Positions 8,581 to 17,450 of a stretch of DNA of 28,060 bases are shown one piece after another. The notes under the pieces were generated by a model, which did no database searches, was not told where the DNA came from, and saw only the letters and a program-made list of their open reading frames with translations. The translations under genes were made by a program, and so were the position numbers. Position 1 is the first letter of the stretch. The number at the start of each line of letters is the position of its first letter. Source of the DNA: a virus (Duplodnaviria; Caudoviricetes); IMG/VR virus record IMGVR_UViG_3300017777_003631, positions 1 to 28,060 of that record. One strand, given 5' to 3'.

Positions 8581-9336
8581 TTATTGAATCTCCATATATT
8601 TCCAATTTTTTTTATAAATATTGCTAATATAACTATAATCCTTATATTGTTTATTATTATTAATCATTCTAGGATATAGATATAAATCTCCCACTGTTTT
8701 TAAACACTCAACCAAATAGCAAAAGGAAGTATCTATTGTATGAATTTCTTTTGCATTTTCTAATATCCAACAAAAATCAAAAATTTCAAACATATCTAAA
8801 TATTCTACTTTATTTTCAATAATTTTATATGAAGTATTAATATTAAAATTTACATTAATAGTATTTGGAGGAGAAACAAATAATTTGTTAATAAATATAA
8901 ATTCTTCATTTTCTTTTAAATTTAAAAAAGTTTTTAGTTTATTTTCTCTTTCATAATTTCTTGTTATAGAAACATAATTTTGCCAATTTTCATGATCTAT
9001 ATCAAAAAACTCATATTTAGATTCCATTATACGATTACAGTTATTCATATAATGACAAATAGTATTCAAAGGAATATAAGAATAATTTTTGGTTGTATAA
9101 TCCTTATTAATTTTAAATAAGTTTTGTTCTTCCTCGTTTAATGAAGAAAAAGAAATAAAAGATATATTTGGTATTTGAATATACTTACTAATATATTCAA
9201 AATTAGATATTACAGGCCAAATAACACTATATCCGTTATTAGACAAATAATGTGCAATTTTTTGTAAATATAAGATATCACCTAGACCCGCAGGTTGTCT
9301 GATATAAATTTTTTTAAGAGTCAATCCATACTCCAT
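8581..9336 (-). CDS. Putative GT-B-fold glycosyltransferase-like protein
   Basis: N-terminal IRQPAGLGDILY and C-terminal ILENAKEIHTIDTSF resemble GT9/GT11-like motifs; sits inside the glycan island. Confidence 0.5.
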   Translation of the reverse strand: MEYGLTLKKIYIRQPAGLGDILYLQKIAHYLSNNGYSVIWPVISNFEYISKYIQIPNISFISFSSLNEEEQNLFKINKDYTTKNYSYIPLNTICHYMNNCNRIMESKYEFFDIDHENWQNYVSITRNYERENKLKTFLNLKENEEFIFINKLFVSPPNTINVNFNINTSYKIIENKVEYLDMFEIFDFCWILENAKEIHTIDTSFCYLVECLKTVGDLYLYPRMINNNKQYKDYSYISNIYKKNWKYMEIQ

Positions 9337-10036
9337 TTAAATAATCTTTTGCAATCAACTTATATTCCAAAGGCAATAATTTACTTATATCATCTACTGA
9401 TATTGGTATAATTTCGCATATTATCATTTTTGGTCTGTGTTTAGCAAAATCAATACCAGCAATAGCGTGTAATTCATGACCTTCTACATCTATTGACATA
9501 ATATCTATGTCTCTAGGACAGTTTACTTCTTCCAATATATCTGATGTTTTTTTGCATTTTATAAATCTATTTTTATAATCATATGGAATATTATTTAAAT
9601 TATTTCCTTGTTCATTTACAATGCTTATAGTTTCACAATCAATTATTTTAGCAATATGATTTGAATTTGAAGCAGCATATGGACATAACTTGATTTTATC
9701 GAATTGTTCTTTTGGTAGTATTGTTTGTAAAAGAGGAGATAATTCATTTGTTAAAAATTCAGTTATAGGTTCTACATATATACCAGACCATCCATTTTCT
9801 AATAATTCTATAGTATTTGACCAACCACGAACATGTTTTGCTTTAAATTCTTCTTCTGTCAATAGACGAGGAGATTCATTCATCGAAACCCAATCTATAG
9901 TTTTACCAACACCTAATTCTACTAAAAATCCATCATGTTTCTCTTTAAAATAATGGTTATATACATCATATAACCATAAACTATAATCAATATACGGTTG
10001 ATTTCTTATAGGTGATTTTTTAAATACTAAACTCAT
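9314..10036 (-). CDS. FkbM-family SAM-dependent methyltransferase
   Basis: GFLVELGVG, WSNT..L...GWSGIYVEP, IDIMSIDVEGHE, RPKMIICE. Confidence 0.82.
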   Translation of the reverse strand: MSLVFKKSPIRNQPYIDYSLWLYDVYNHYFKEKHDGFLVELGVGKTIDWVSMNESPRLLTEEEFKAKHVRGWSNTIELLENGWSGIYVEPITEFLTNELSPLLQTILPKEQFDKIKLCPYAASNSNHIAKIIDCETISIVNEQGNNLNNIPYDYKNRFIKCKKTSDILEEVNCPRDIDIMSIDVEGHELHAIAGIDFAKHRPKMIICEIIPISVDDISKLLPLEYKLIAKDYLNGVWIDS

Positions 10037-10047
10037 ACAATTTTCCT

Positions 10048-11037
10048 TTAATTGATCTTAAACATCCAGTAATTTAATAAATCACTCATAGTTTTATCAA
10101 TACTAATAGTTGGTTTCCAATTAGTCAATTCCAATAGATTAGAAGAATCACCATGTTGATAATGAATATCAATAGGACGATATAGTTTTGGACAAACTTG
10201 TTGTTCTACACTATTAAGTTTACTGATTTCTAGAAGTTTATCTGTAAAAAATTTCATTTTGTGTGGAGTATCACCACATACATTAAATATCTGTCCATTT
10301 ATTACACCAGACTCTAATTCTTTTATCATAGCCAGATAGTAAGCATTTACTGTATCCCTTACATCCAAAACAACTCTAACGCTCTCTAGATTACCAACCT
10401 TCAATACTGGTTCTTGCATATCTTTCATAATTCTTGCAATTTGAAATGCATCAGAGGAAATTGAAAAATTCTTTCCTCTTCGTGGACCAGTATGGGAGAA
10501 AGCTCGAGTTATAAATCCTCTCAACTTTTTGTTTTGAATTCTTTCTTGAACATATAAGTCTATAGCAGCCTTAGATGCTCCATATGGATTTGCTGGTAAA
10601 ATTTTGTCATTATTGTTTATTTTTCTACCGTCAATACCAATATTTCCATATACTTCTGAAGTAGAACAGAACATAAAAACACATTCTGGTTGGTGATCAC
10701 TTATTGCTTGAATAAGATTAGCACTACCCATGATATTATCTTCAAATGTTCCAATTGGATCTATAAAACTAGATGGTGGATGAGATTGTGCTGCTAAATG
10801 AAAAATACCATCAAAATTATTTTCCTTTATAATTTTTTCAATCATTCTATGATTGTTTAAATCTGCATATAAAAATGTAATATTACTATAAACTTCGTCA
10901 GAAACTACATCTCTAATGTCATTTTCCATTCCGTTTGTATTTCTAATCAAACCATATACTTCATGTCCCATCTTGTGTAGTAAATTTGCAAGATGCGGAC
11001 CTGCAAAACCTGTGATACCTGTAATTAAAAATTTCAT
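10048..11037 (-). CDS. GDP-mannose 4,6-dehydratase / GDP-4-keto-6-deoxymannose reductase family SDR (Gmd/Rmd-like)
   Basis: LITGITGFAG, HLAAQSH...SF, STSEVYG, NPYGASK (YxxxK), RAFSHTGPRRG, GNL...R...DVRD, RPID. Confidence 0.85.
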   Translation of the reverse strand: MKFLITGITGFAGPHLANLLHKMGHEVYGLIRNTNGMENDIRDVVSDEVYSNITFLYADLNNHRMIEKIIKENNFDGIFHLAAQSHPPSSFIDPIGTFEDNIMGSANLIQAISDHQPECVFMFCSTSEVYGNIGIDGRKINNNDKILPANPYGASKAAIDLYVQERIQNKKLRGFITRAFSHTGPRRGKNFSISSDAFQIARIMKDMQEPVLKVGNLESVRVVLDVRDTVNAYYLAMIKELESGVINGQIFNVCGDTPHKMKFFTDKLLEISKLNSVEQQVCPKLYRPIDIHYQHGDSSNLLELTNWKPTISIDKTMSDLLNYWMFKIN

Positions 11038-11717
11038 AATTTATCCTTTTTAATCCAAAAACTATTACCAGTTCCATTATTCAACTCATTATCTAAACCC
11101 AAAGAATGTAATTCAAATTTATCACATAAGTATTTTTTTAAATCATCAGAAAAACATTGACCATCATAAACTTGATTTATTTTATTTTCGGACATTTGAA
11201 TTTCTGCGAAAATACAAGAAACATTCGATAAATCTGTACCCATAAGAACTTCAAGTTCTGCTCCTTGTACATCAATAGATAATAAATCAATATTTTCTTT
11301 TATGATGTTTGACAATTTATTTGTTTTTACTTTTATTTTTTGCGTACTATTAAAAGAATAACCACTATTATTATTTTTAATTACGGGATATATCGAATCA
11401 GATCCCTGCGAAGATGTTCTATAAAAATCAATTTCACCTACTTGGTCTGTTATAGCAAAATTAAATAATTTGCATCGTGGATTTATTCCATATTGTTGTA
11501 GAATTACATTAAAATATTCTACTACAGGTTCAAAAATGTAAATCATTGAATTTTTATATGAATCCAAATATTTTTGAGCCTCCCAACAAGTAAATCCGCC
11601 AACTATTACAATAGTCTTTATTTCTTCTTTTGTTTTGTTGATATACTTATGAAAATTTTCCTCAACATCACGAGAAATTACATCATATGCATGTTTGTCA
11701 TTATATACTATTGTCAT
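11034..11717 (-). CDS. FkbM-family SAM-dependent methyltransferase
   Basis: IYIFEP, FNFAITD..G...FY, IDLLSIDVQGAELEVL.G, IFAE. Confidence 0.85.
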   Translation of the reverse strand: MTIVYNDKHAYDVISRDVEENFHKYINKTKEEIKTIVIVGGFTCWEAQKYLDSYKNSMIYIFEPVVEYFNVILQQYGINPRCKLFNFAITDQVGEIDFYRTSSQGSDSIYPVIKNNNSGYSFNSTQKIKVKTNKLSNIIKENIDLLSIDVQGAELEVLMGTDLSNVSCIFAEIQMSENKINQVYDGQCFSDDLKKYLCDKFELHSLGLDNELNNGTGNSFWIKKDKL

Positions 11718-11718
11718 A

Positions 11719-13290
11719 TTAAACCTGTTGAGTTAATGTTTCTTTTTGTGACCAAAGATAGTGATACATAATCTCTTCAAAATTGTATTCGCTTCTAATC
11801 AATCCAGATGCTAATAATTTATCGCAATAGTCAGAATCCTCGCCAAAGTTCTTTTCTGGATAACCGATTTGTTTTGCAATATGCGTTTTAACTGGATTTA
11901 GGTGATTCAATGGTCTATATTGCCTACCATTATTCTTAAAATGTCCGTTGTTTTTATTTGCATGGTTGAACAACATTGCTGCATTATTATCAACATAATA
12001 CATTCCCCAGAATCCAATACCATCGTACATTCCTGTATTTAATTTTCTTACTATTTTAGGAATATAAGTTAAAGACACCACATCATCGTCGTCAATAAAA
12101 GAAACATATTCACCTTTTGCTCTGTTTATACATTCGTTTCTTTTTTGACCTACTGTTTTTGTTCTATTATCTTTATTTACTATTATTTCTATTCTGTGCT
12201 TGTAACTAACAGGAATATTAGAATTTAAAATTTCTATAAGACGATTCAATTTATCTTCTCTACTGTCCACAGTTAATATACAAATAGACCAAAGAATATC
12301 TTCTTTCTCTATATGAAATTTGTGTTCCGTTTTTACGATATTTTCTATTCTGCTAAAGAATGATTTTCCAAACTCTTGCGCCAATTTGTAATTCTTTTCA
12401 ATGTATGGTTTCATTGATTCATAAGTAGTTTCATCAATTTTATTGATTTTTTCTATAAAATCATCAAAATTTTCAACAACAATCATTCCACGAATATCAA
12501 AAAACTCATCGATATCGGGGGCGCCCCAATAAATAGGAACAGTTTTTGTTAATAAACAATCAATTATCTTTTCTGTAAAATAAGAAGTTTCTTTTGAATT
12601 TTCAACAGCAATAGAAAATTGATGATCAAAAAGATTTATTTTATCATCATCTTTTATAAAACCATCATGTAGTGTTGGTGGATCAGAAAATAAAGTCTTT
12701 GTTCTTCCATTTAAATCCAAATAATACATTGTAGTTGGATGTCTATTACTAGAATAAAATTTATTTGGAATCTTTACTTTATCTCTATTATTCCAAATTT
12801 TCTTTCTTAATTCATAACCCTCTTTCATTTGTAAACAAGTTGTTAAAAAGGTCACCCCAAATTTTTTATCTTTAATTTTATCTAAAATAGATTTGTCAAA
12901 AGAACCCAAAGAATTTAAATCTGAATTTGGTTTTTTATTCAACCAAGTTCCGCCATATGGAAAGAATATAGCATTATCTGTATTTTCTATAATATCAGGA
13001 TGTGATGCTAAAATTAAATCATATTGATGTGCATTATCAACAATAACATCATTTAATTCTCTGGAGGATGATGTTGATGGCTCATTAGAACAAACAAATA
13101 CCCTATATGCATCTTTATTTTCAAAGGTAATTGTTTCTTGTTGTCTATTTTCATTTCTTTCTGGAATGCGTATTGGTGTTCTATTTTCTGGTTTCCAATT
13201 TAATCCAAATCGAGTAATATGAATTTCACATGGAAAATCTAAATTAATTTCGTCACAAAAATAATCACCATTTTGTACAATTGCTTTCAT
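11719..13290 (-). CDS. Bifunctional glycosyltransferase: GT10 (fucosyltransferase-like) domain fused to a C-terminal GT2 domain
   Basis: FSIAVENS...YFTEKIIDC....TVPIYWGAP (GT10 alpha-1,3-FucT motif), then WSICILT..SR, GQKRN.....AKGEYVSFIDDDD and GEDSD (GT-A/GT2). Confidence 0.82.
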   Translation of the reverse strand: MKAIVQNGDYFCDEINLDFPCEIHITRFGLNWKPENRTPIRIPERNENRQQETITFENKDAYRVFVCSNEPSTSSSRELNDVIVDNAHQYDLILASHPDIIENTDNAIFFPYGGTWLNKKPNSDLNSLGSFDKSILDKIKDKKFGVTFLTTCLQMKEGYELRKKIWNNRDKVKIPNKFYSSNRHPTTMYYLDLNGRTKTLFSDPPTLHDGFIKDDDKINLFDHQFSIAVENSKETSYFTEKIIDCLLTKTVPIYWGAPDIDEFFDIRGMIVVENFDDFIEKINKIDETTYESMKPYIEKNYKLAQEFGKSFFSRIENIVKTEHKFHIEKEDILWSICILTVDSREDKLNRLIEILNSNIPVSYKHRIEIIVNKDNRTKTVGQKRNECINRAKGEYVSFIDDDDVVSLTYIPKIVRKLNTGMYDGIGFWGMYYVDNNAAMLFNHANKNNGHFKNNGRQYRPLNHLNPVKTHIAKQIGYPEKNFGEDSDYCDKLLASGLIRSEYNFEEIMYHYLWSQKETLTQQV

Positions 13291-13293
13291 AAT

Positions 13294-13962
13294 TTATATC
13301 CTATTTAAATTTAATCTTATTTCACTCTCACTCATACCAACATTAGCAAATTCTTTAAGATTTTCTTCTTTTGACTTATGATCTGCTATACCCATAGTTA
13401 TATAAGGTTCTATTCCCTCTGGACATTTGCCAGGCCAAACACAATAATTTATCGGCAAACACCCAATTTTTAATTGATTTGCAACAAATGGTAAAACTTT
13501 AAATAATAATATTTCATGATCAAAAAGTTTTTCATTACGAGTAATTGCTTCTTCACATTTTTTAATCCATAATTTTAAAAAATCAATTACTTTTTGATTA
13601 TAATTACAAAAAATAGGAGATGCTTTTGGATTTAAAACTTGTATTTGGGAAGGATCAGTTACAAAATAAGCAAAACCTAAATCTGCTTCGTGTTCTAATA
13701 TTTTATCAAAACCAGTAAGATCTCTATGAATTCGACTATCGATATCAATCCAGACTATTGGTTTTTTCTTTTCTTCTAGCATACTTAGAATGTATTTGGG
13801 TTTACGAAGACAATTTAATCTATAATCATTTTCAGATCTTACTTTTCTAAAATCATGTGAAAGATTTAATCTAAAGCATTCTTCTTTTATTCTAAATGCA
13901 TGATCGCTATAGTATGTACAATCACCAACATCACAATAAAAGGAAATTAATTCTGTTTTCAT
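13294..13962 (-). CDS. GT-A-fold nucleotide-diphospho-sugar transferase
   Basis: NCLRKPKYIL..L, IVWIDID (DxD), FL..W...C, FDHE.L, LP..YC. Confidence 0.65.
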   Translation of the reverse strand: MKTELISFYCDVGDCTYYSDHAFRIKEECFRLNLSHDFRKVRSENDYRLNCLRKPKYILSMLEEKKKPIVWIDIDSRIHRDLTGFDKILEHEADLGFAYFVTDPSQIQVLNPKASPIFCNYNQKVIDFLKLWIKKCEEAITRNEKLFDHEILLFKVLPFVANQLKIGCLPINYCVWPGKCPEGIEPYITMGIADHKSKEENLKEFANVGMSESEIRLNLNRI

Positions 13963-14786
13963 AATAGTTTAAAAAGAATATCATCAGCCAATTCCATATT
14001 CTTTACCCTTTCTAGATTATCAATTATTGCTGGAAGTTTACTCTTATAAAGTTCAGTTGTCAAGGAAGAAAAATCAAAATCTTTAGTAAGTTCGATTATT
14101 CCTTCCTTATTGAAATAATTACCAATATCAGGAGCGCCCCAGTAAACGGGAATAGTTCCTGTGGCAAAACAATCTGTTATCTTTTCAGTGAAATATGTTC
14201 CATAACTATCATTTTCTATAGTCACTGAAAACATATAATCGTTCATTGCTTCAGATTTGTCAGGCCAGACTCCTGCACCAAATCGTTTGGAACCGTTTGC
14301 ACCGCCGTAGACATCAATTTTATCGGAATGCTTTGATGCAATGGCATGTCGAAGTTTATGTCCAAATGTTATTATCTTAGGAGAAGCAATCATAGATGTC
14401 ATTTTACTCTTTGCATGAATTTTGTGTTCCTTTATCCAAGGAGCATTACTTCCTGCAAATGCAAATTTTATATTGGGTGAGTATTTACACCATCTACGGT
14501 CAGATACAAAAATAGTATCGTATGAGTTTATCAACTGCTCGATATTCTTCTCCCAAATATCTTCAGGAAACATCCATGCATGAAAAATAGCACGGGATTC
14601 ACATACCCATGCTATCTTCTTCTCGTTTGGTTTTTTATTATAAGCAACTCCAGACGCAATTGCTTTGTCTATAAAGACTTTAATATCACAATTGTCTGTA
14701 GTCCATTCAAATGTTTTTGGTTTTAGATTTGAACAGGAAGAATATTCAATCGGAAACGGAGCACCAATAGCTTGTATTTTTTTCAT
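13959..14786 (-). CDS. GT10-family (fucosyltransferase-like) glycosyltransferase
   Basis: SMIAS.K....GH.LRH, IDVYG, YMFSVTIEND....YFTEKITDCFATGTIPVYWGAP. GAGG SD upstream. Confidence 0.82.
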   Translation of the reverse strand: MKKIQAIGAPFPIEYSSCSNLKPKTFEWTTDNCDIKVFIDKAIASGVAYNKKPNEKKIAWVCESRAIFHAWMFPEDIWEKNIEQLINSYDTIFVSDRRWCKYSPNIKFAFAGSNAPWIKEHKIHAKSKMTSMIASPKIITFGHKLRHAIASKHSDKIDVYGGANGSKRFGAGVWPDKSEAMNDYMFSVTIENDSYGTYFTEKITDCFATGTIPVYWGAPDIGNYFNKEGIIELTKDFDFSSLTTELYKSKLPAIIDNLERVKNMELADDILFKLL

Positions 14787-14805
14787 AATATAAAAATCCT
14801 CAAAT

Positions 14806-15201
14806 TCACTTTCCTATATGGTATTTAGGTACAAGTTCCCAGTCGTTTTTGTCTTTGAATGCTAAAATTTTAAGTCTAGCTAAACTCAATTTATCCTTGT
14901 ACTTTTCAGGATCGATTGGTTGTATCAATTCCCAATCAGTCAATAATTGAACTATAGTATTTCTTCTTTGTATGTCTTCAAGAGATATATCACTCTCAAG
15001 ACTATCCATAATGAACATTTCTTTAAAATGCATTATGGCATATCTACCTCGTTTATGTAAAATATGACAAGATTGGTATAGTTTCTTTTCTTTTTTGGAA
15101 GAAACTCCTAACCTTGTCAATGTCTCTTTAACTTTTAAAAAGTCTTCTTTATTTTTTAAATTGACTTCTACGCCCAAACTCAAAAAAATATCATCAGTCA
15201 T
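14806..15201 (-). CDS. regA: RegA translational repressor
   Basis: EDFLKVKETLTRLGV.S....KLYQSCHILHKRGRYAIMHFKE, RRNTI..LL.DW, W.LVPKY.IG; follows gp62 as in T4. Confidence 0.96.
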   Translation of the reverse strand: MTDDIFLSLGVEVNLKNKEDFLKVKETLTRLGVSSKKEKKLYQSCHILHKRGRYAIMHFKEMFIMDSLESDISLEDIQRRNTIVQLLTDWELIQPIDPEKYKDKLSLARLKILAFKDKNDWELVPKYHIGK

Positions 15202-15225
15202 AATTATTACCTCATTCTGTGATAA

Positions 15226-15233
15226 TATTTATG
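15226..15233 (-). promoter_or_regulatory. Putative late promoter (CATAAATA) overlapping the gp62 stop, upstream of regA
   Basis: TCATAAATA at the gp62 TAA, 25 nt before the regA ATG; GAGG SD at 15210-15213. Confidence 0.35.
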
Positions 15234-15618
15234 ATTTTCCCTTTTTTGCGCCGCCTTTATTCAGGGATTGTTTAATATAATCAATTTGTTCAGGGGGTAA
15301 CAACACAAGAACATCTTTAGCCTTTTGAGTAGAATATCCATAATATTCTTTAATACAGTCAATTGTGCTATCTTCTTCAAGTTTGTGCCATTTACTAAAA
15401 CGGTTCTTTTTTGCGACTTTAATACGCAAATAATCATATTGTAATCTCTTGTCCAAATAAGGCATTTGGTTCATTTGATTAACATAAAAAATAGTATCAA
15501 TGAAATAAGATAAACATCTATTGGTAATATACGGAAGATATTCCTTTTCACATTGAATATCCTCCATAAGATTTTTCTTATTTTGGTTGATAGAATTTAG
15601 AAAATCTTTTAGTTCCAT
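15229..15618 (-). CDS. gp62: Clamp loader small subunit gp62
   Basis: DFLNSIN..K, Y.PYI.NRCLSYF.DT...N.MN, QYDYL, RFSKW, IKEYYGYS..KA; between gp44 and regA. Confidence 0.93.
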   Translation of the reverse strand: MELKDFLNSINQNKKNLMEDIQCEKEYLPYITNRCLSYFIDTIFYVNQMNQMPYLDKRLQYDYLRIKVAKKNRFSKWHKLEEDSTIDCIKEYYGYSTQKAKDVLVLLPPEQIDYIKQSLNKGGAKKGKS

Positions 15619-16565
15619 TATTTAAACTCACAACGCATCATCAATTCAACCAAACACGCTACAGTATTGATCTCTTGATCTGCAACAAATCCTGACTTAT
15701 ATTGGTACTCTGCAAGCACTAGAACCGCTTCAGGGACGCTAGAAGGGACTAGAGTGTCGTATAGACAATCGTAGATCTTCCTAAACAATTCAGTCTGTGA
15801 GTTGTCTAAGTTATTAACTACCCATTTTCGGACACCGGAGAAGTCCTTAATCTTCATTGAAGATACAAGGGTCTTTATTTCTATGTCTTTGAGATTTGCT
15901 AGAATTCCGGCATCAATAATACCCGATGCCGAATATCTCTGCAATTCATTGATAATACGCCTAAAGTCAGGAAAATGTTTGATGATTAATTGAGATAATG
16001 ACTTTTTGTCGTATTTGACCTTCTCATTATCCAGAATATATTCGCAACGACTAAGTAGTAGCTTTGCTATCTCCGGTTTGTCGATTGACCCAATTGTGAA
16101 ATCAATACAAGTGCATCGAGAATGAATTGGTTGGATAATTCGATTCTTATAGTTACAGGTAATAATAAAACGGCAATTGTTAGAAAACTCTTCAATTGCT
16201 CCTCGTAGTGCAGGTTGAATGCTTTGGGCATTACTATAATCAAACTCGTCTAGAATTACTGCCTTTTTAGATTCAGAGAGGGATACCGTGCTTGCAAACT
16301 GTCGAATATCGGTTCTCAATGTATCAATATTGCCATTCTCGGAGCAGTTAATAATGATATGATCTACACCAATATCATTACATAATGCCCGTGCTACGGT
16401 CGTCTTTCCTGTACCAGCCGAACCTGCTAAAAGAAGATTTTGTGGTTCTCCTTTAGCAACCATGTCCTCGAAAGATTTCTTCAAGGACACGGGCAAAATA
16501 CAATCTTGTATTGTCTGTGGGCGGTATTTCTCCACCCACAGAAATTCATTTTGCTTATGTTGCAT
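15618..16565 (-). CDS. gp44: Clamp loader AAA+ subunit gp44
   Basis: LWVEKYRP, Walker A GSAGTGKT, Walker B ILDEFD, SRC motif, FPDFRR. Start set to the ATG at 16565, just after the gp45 stop. Confidence 0.96.
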   Translation of the reverse strand: MQHKQNEFLWVEKYRPQTIQDCILPVSLKKSFEDMVAKGEPQNLLLAGSAGTGKTTVARALCNDIGVDHIIINCSENGNIDTLRTDIRQFASTVSLSESKKAVILDEFDYSNAQSIQPALRGAIEEFSNNCRFIITCNYKNRIIQPIHSRCTCIDFTIGSIDKPEIAKLLLSRCEYILDNEKVKYDKKSLSQLIIKHFPDFRRIINELQRYSASGIIDAGILANLKDIEIKTLVSSMKIKDFSGVRKWVVNNLDNSQTELFRKIYDCLYDTLVPSSVPEAVLVLAEYQYKSGFVADQEINTVACLVELMMRCEFK

Positions 16566-16566
16566 A

Positions 16567-17259
16567 TTAATTGAACTTAGAATTAGTCTCCATCGCAAAC
16601 CAATACTTGAGATCTAGTGTCTCATTTGTAAACTGACCAACAACATTCTTAGAAAATTCAATAGTGTAATCACCGGGAAGAATCTTAATGTTTTCCATCT
16701 TGAAATTCAAACTGAATTCAGAATTGGATTTATTTGCACCAACATCAACCTTGTAGTTGTTGGTGGTCGGATCCTGCAAATCTGATACTACTGCCATGAT
16801 TCGGTCATTCTCATTAACAAACGATAAATCAGGCAATTGAAGTACAGAAGACGCTTTCTGTAGTTCTGCAAAGGTCTTTTCGGTAATATCGACCGAAAGA
16901 GAAATGCTTGGCATATTTACATTCTTAGTCGGAGTTGTTAGCAGTCTTGGTTCTGAATAAAAATAAGTAACACGAGAACCATTGCCGCCATGTATAACAA
17001 CCGACTTTTCTCCAAACTCAAACTTTGGCGCCGAAAACAAACTAATAACGCCAAGAAACTTACTAAGATCCCAAATACCAAATTCAACATCAAATGTCTC
17101 CTCTATAGTTACTTCCGCCATACCATTTTTGGAAGGCGTAATAGTTCGAAGAACATTACCGGGTTTTACCAATATGTTAGAATTGAGCGTAGAAAAATTC
17201 TTCAAAACAGATAGCGTAGTCTTACTTAATGTAATTTCATTTTTTGTCATAGTAGTCAT
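16567..17259 (-). CDS. gp45: Sliding clamp gp45
   Basis: LS..TL.VLKNFS..N..IL, FGIWDL..FL, L.KASSVLQLPDL, FKMENIKILPGDY, LKYW.AME. The ATG at 17259 has a GGAG SD. Confidence 0.95.
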   Translation of the reverse strand: MTTMTKNEITLSKTTLSVLKNFSTLNSNILVKPGNVLRTITPSKNGMAEVTIEETFDVEFGIWDLSKFLGVISLFSAPKFEFGEKSVVIHGGNGSRVTYFYSEPRLLTTPTKNVNMPSISLSVDITEKTFAELQKASSVLQLPDLSFVNENDRIMAVVSDLQDPTTNNYKVDVGANKSNSEFSLNFKMENIKILPGDYTIEFSKNVVGQFTNETLDLKYWFAMETNSKFN

Positions 17260-17260
17260 A

Positions 17261-17449
17261 TTATTCACTCCGTTGGTTGTCATTATCAATATCTAAATCA
17301 TTATAGTTGTTTGTGTTGAGATTGTCAACTATATTTCTCAAATCGTTTTTCATTTGATTCTTTTTTGACTTTTTTTGTCTTTGAAGAAATCCACGATCTC
17401 GCCTAGGGTTACTATTCCTGTTATCTTTTTCATTAAAATCTCGTTTCAC
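17261..17449 (-). CDS. Small basic hypothetical protein (62 aa)
   Basis: Exactly fills the gap between the rnh stop (17451) and the gp45 start (17259); GTG start; Arg/Lys-rich N-half, Asn/Asp-rich tail. Confidence 0.55.
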   Translation of the reverse strand: MKRDFNEKDNRNSNPRRDRGFLQRQKKSKKNQMKNDLRNIVDNLNTNNYNDLDIDNDNQRSE

Positions 17450-17450
17450 A

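Noticed and set aside
2716-14786. Bacterial LPS/capsule locus (host contamination or prophage boundary)
   Set aside because: No wzx/wzy/ABC transporter or membrane proteins; seamlessly flanked by regA and phage structural genes on the same strand with phage-like gene packing.
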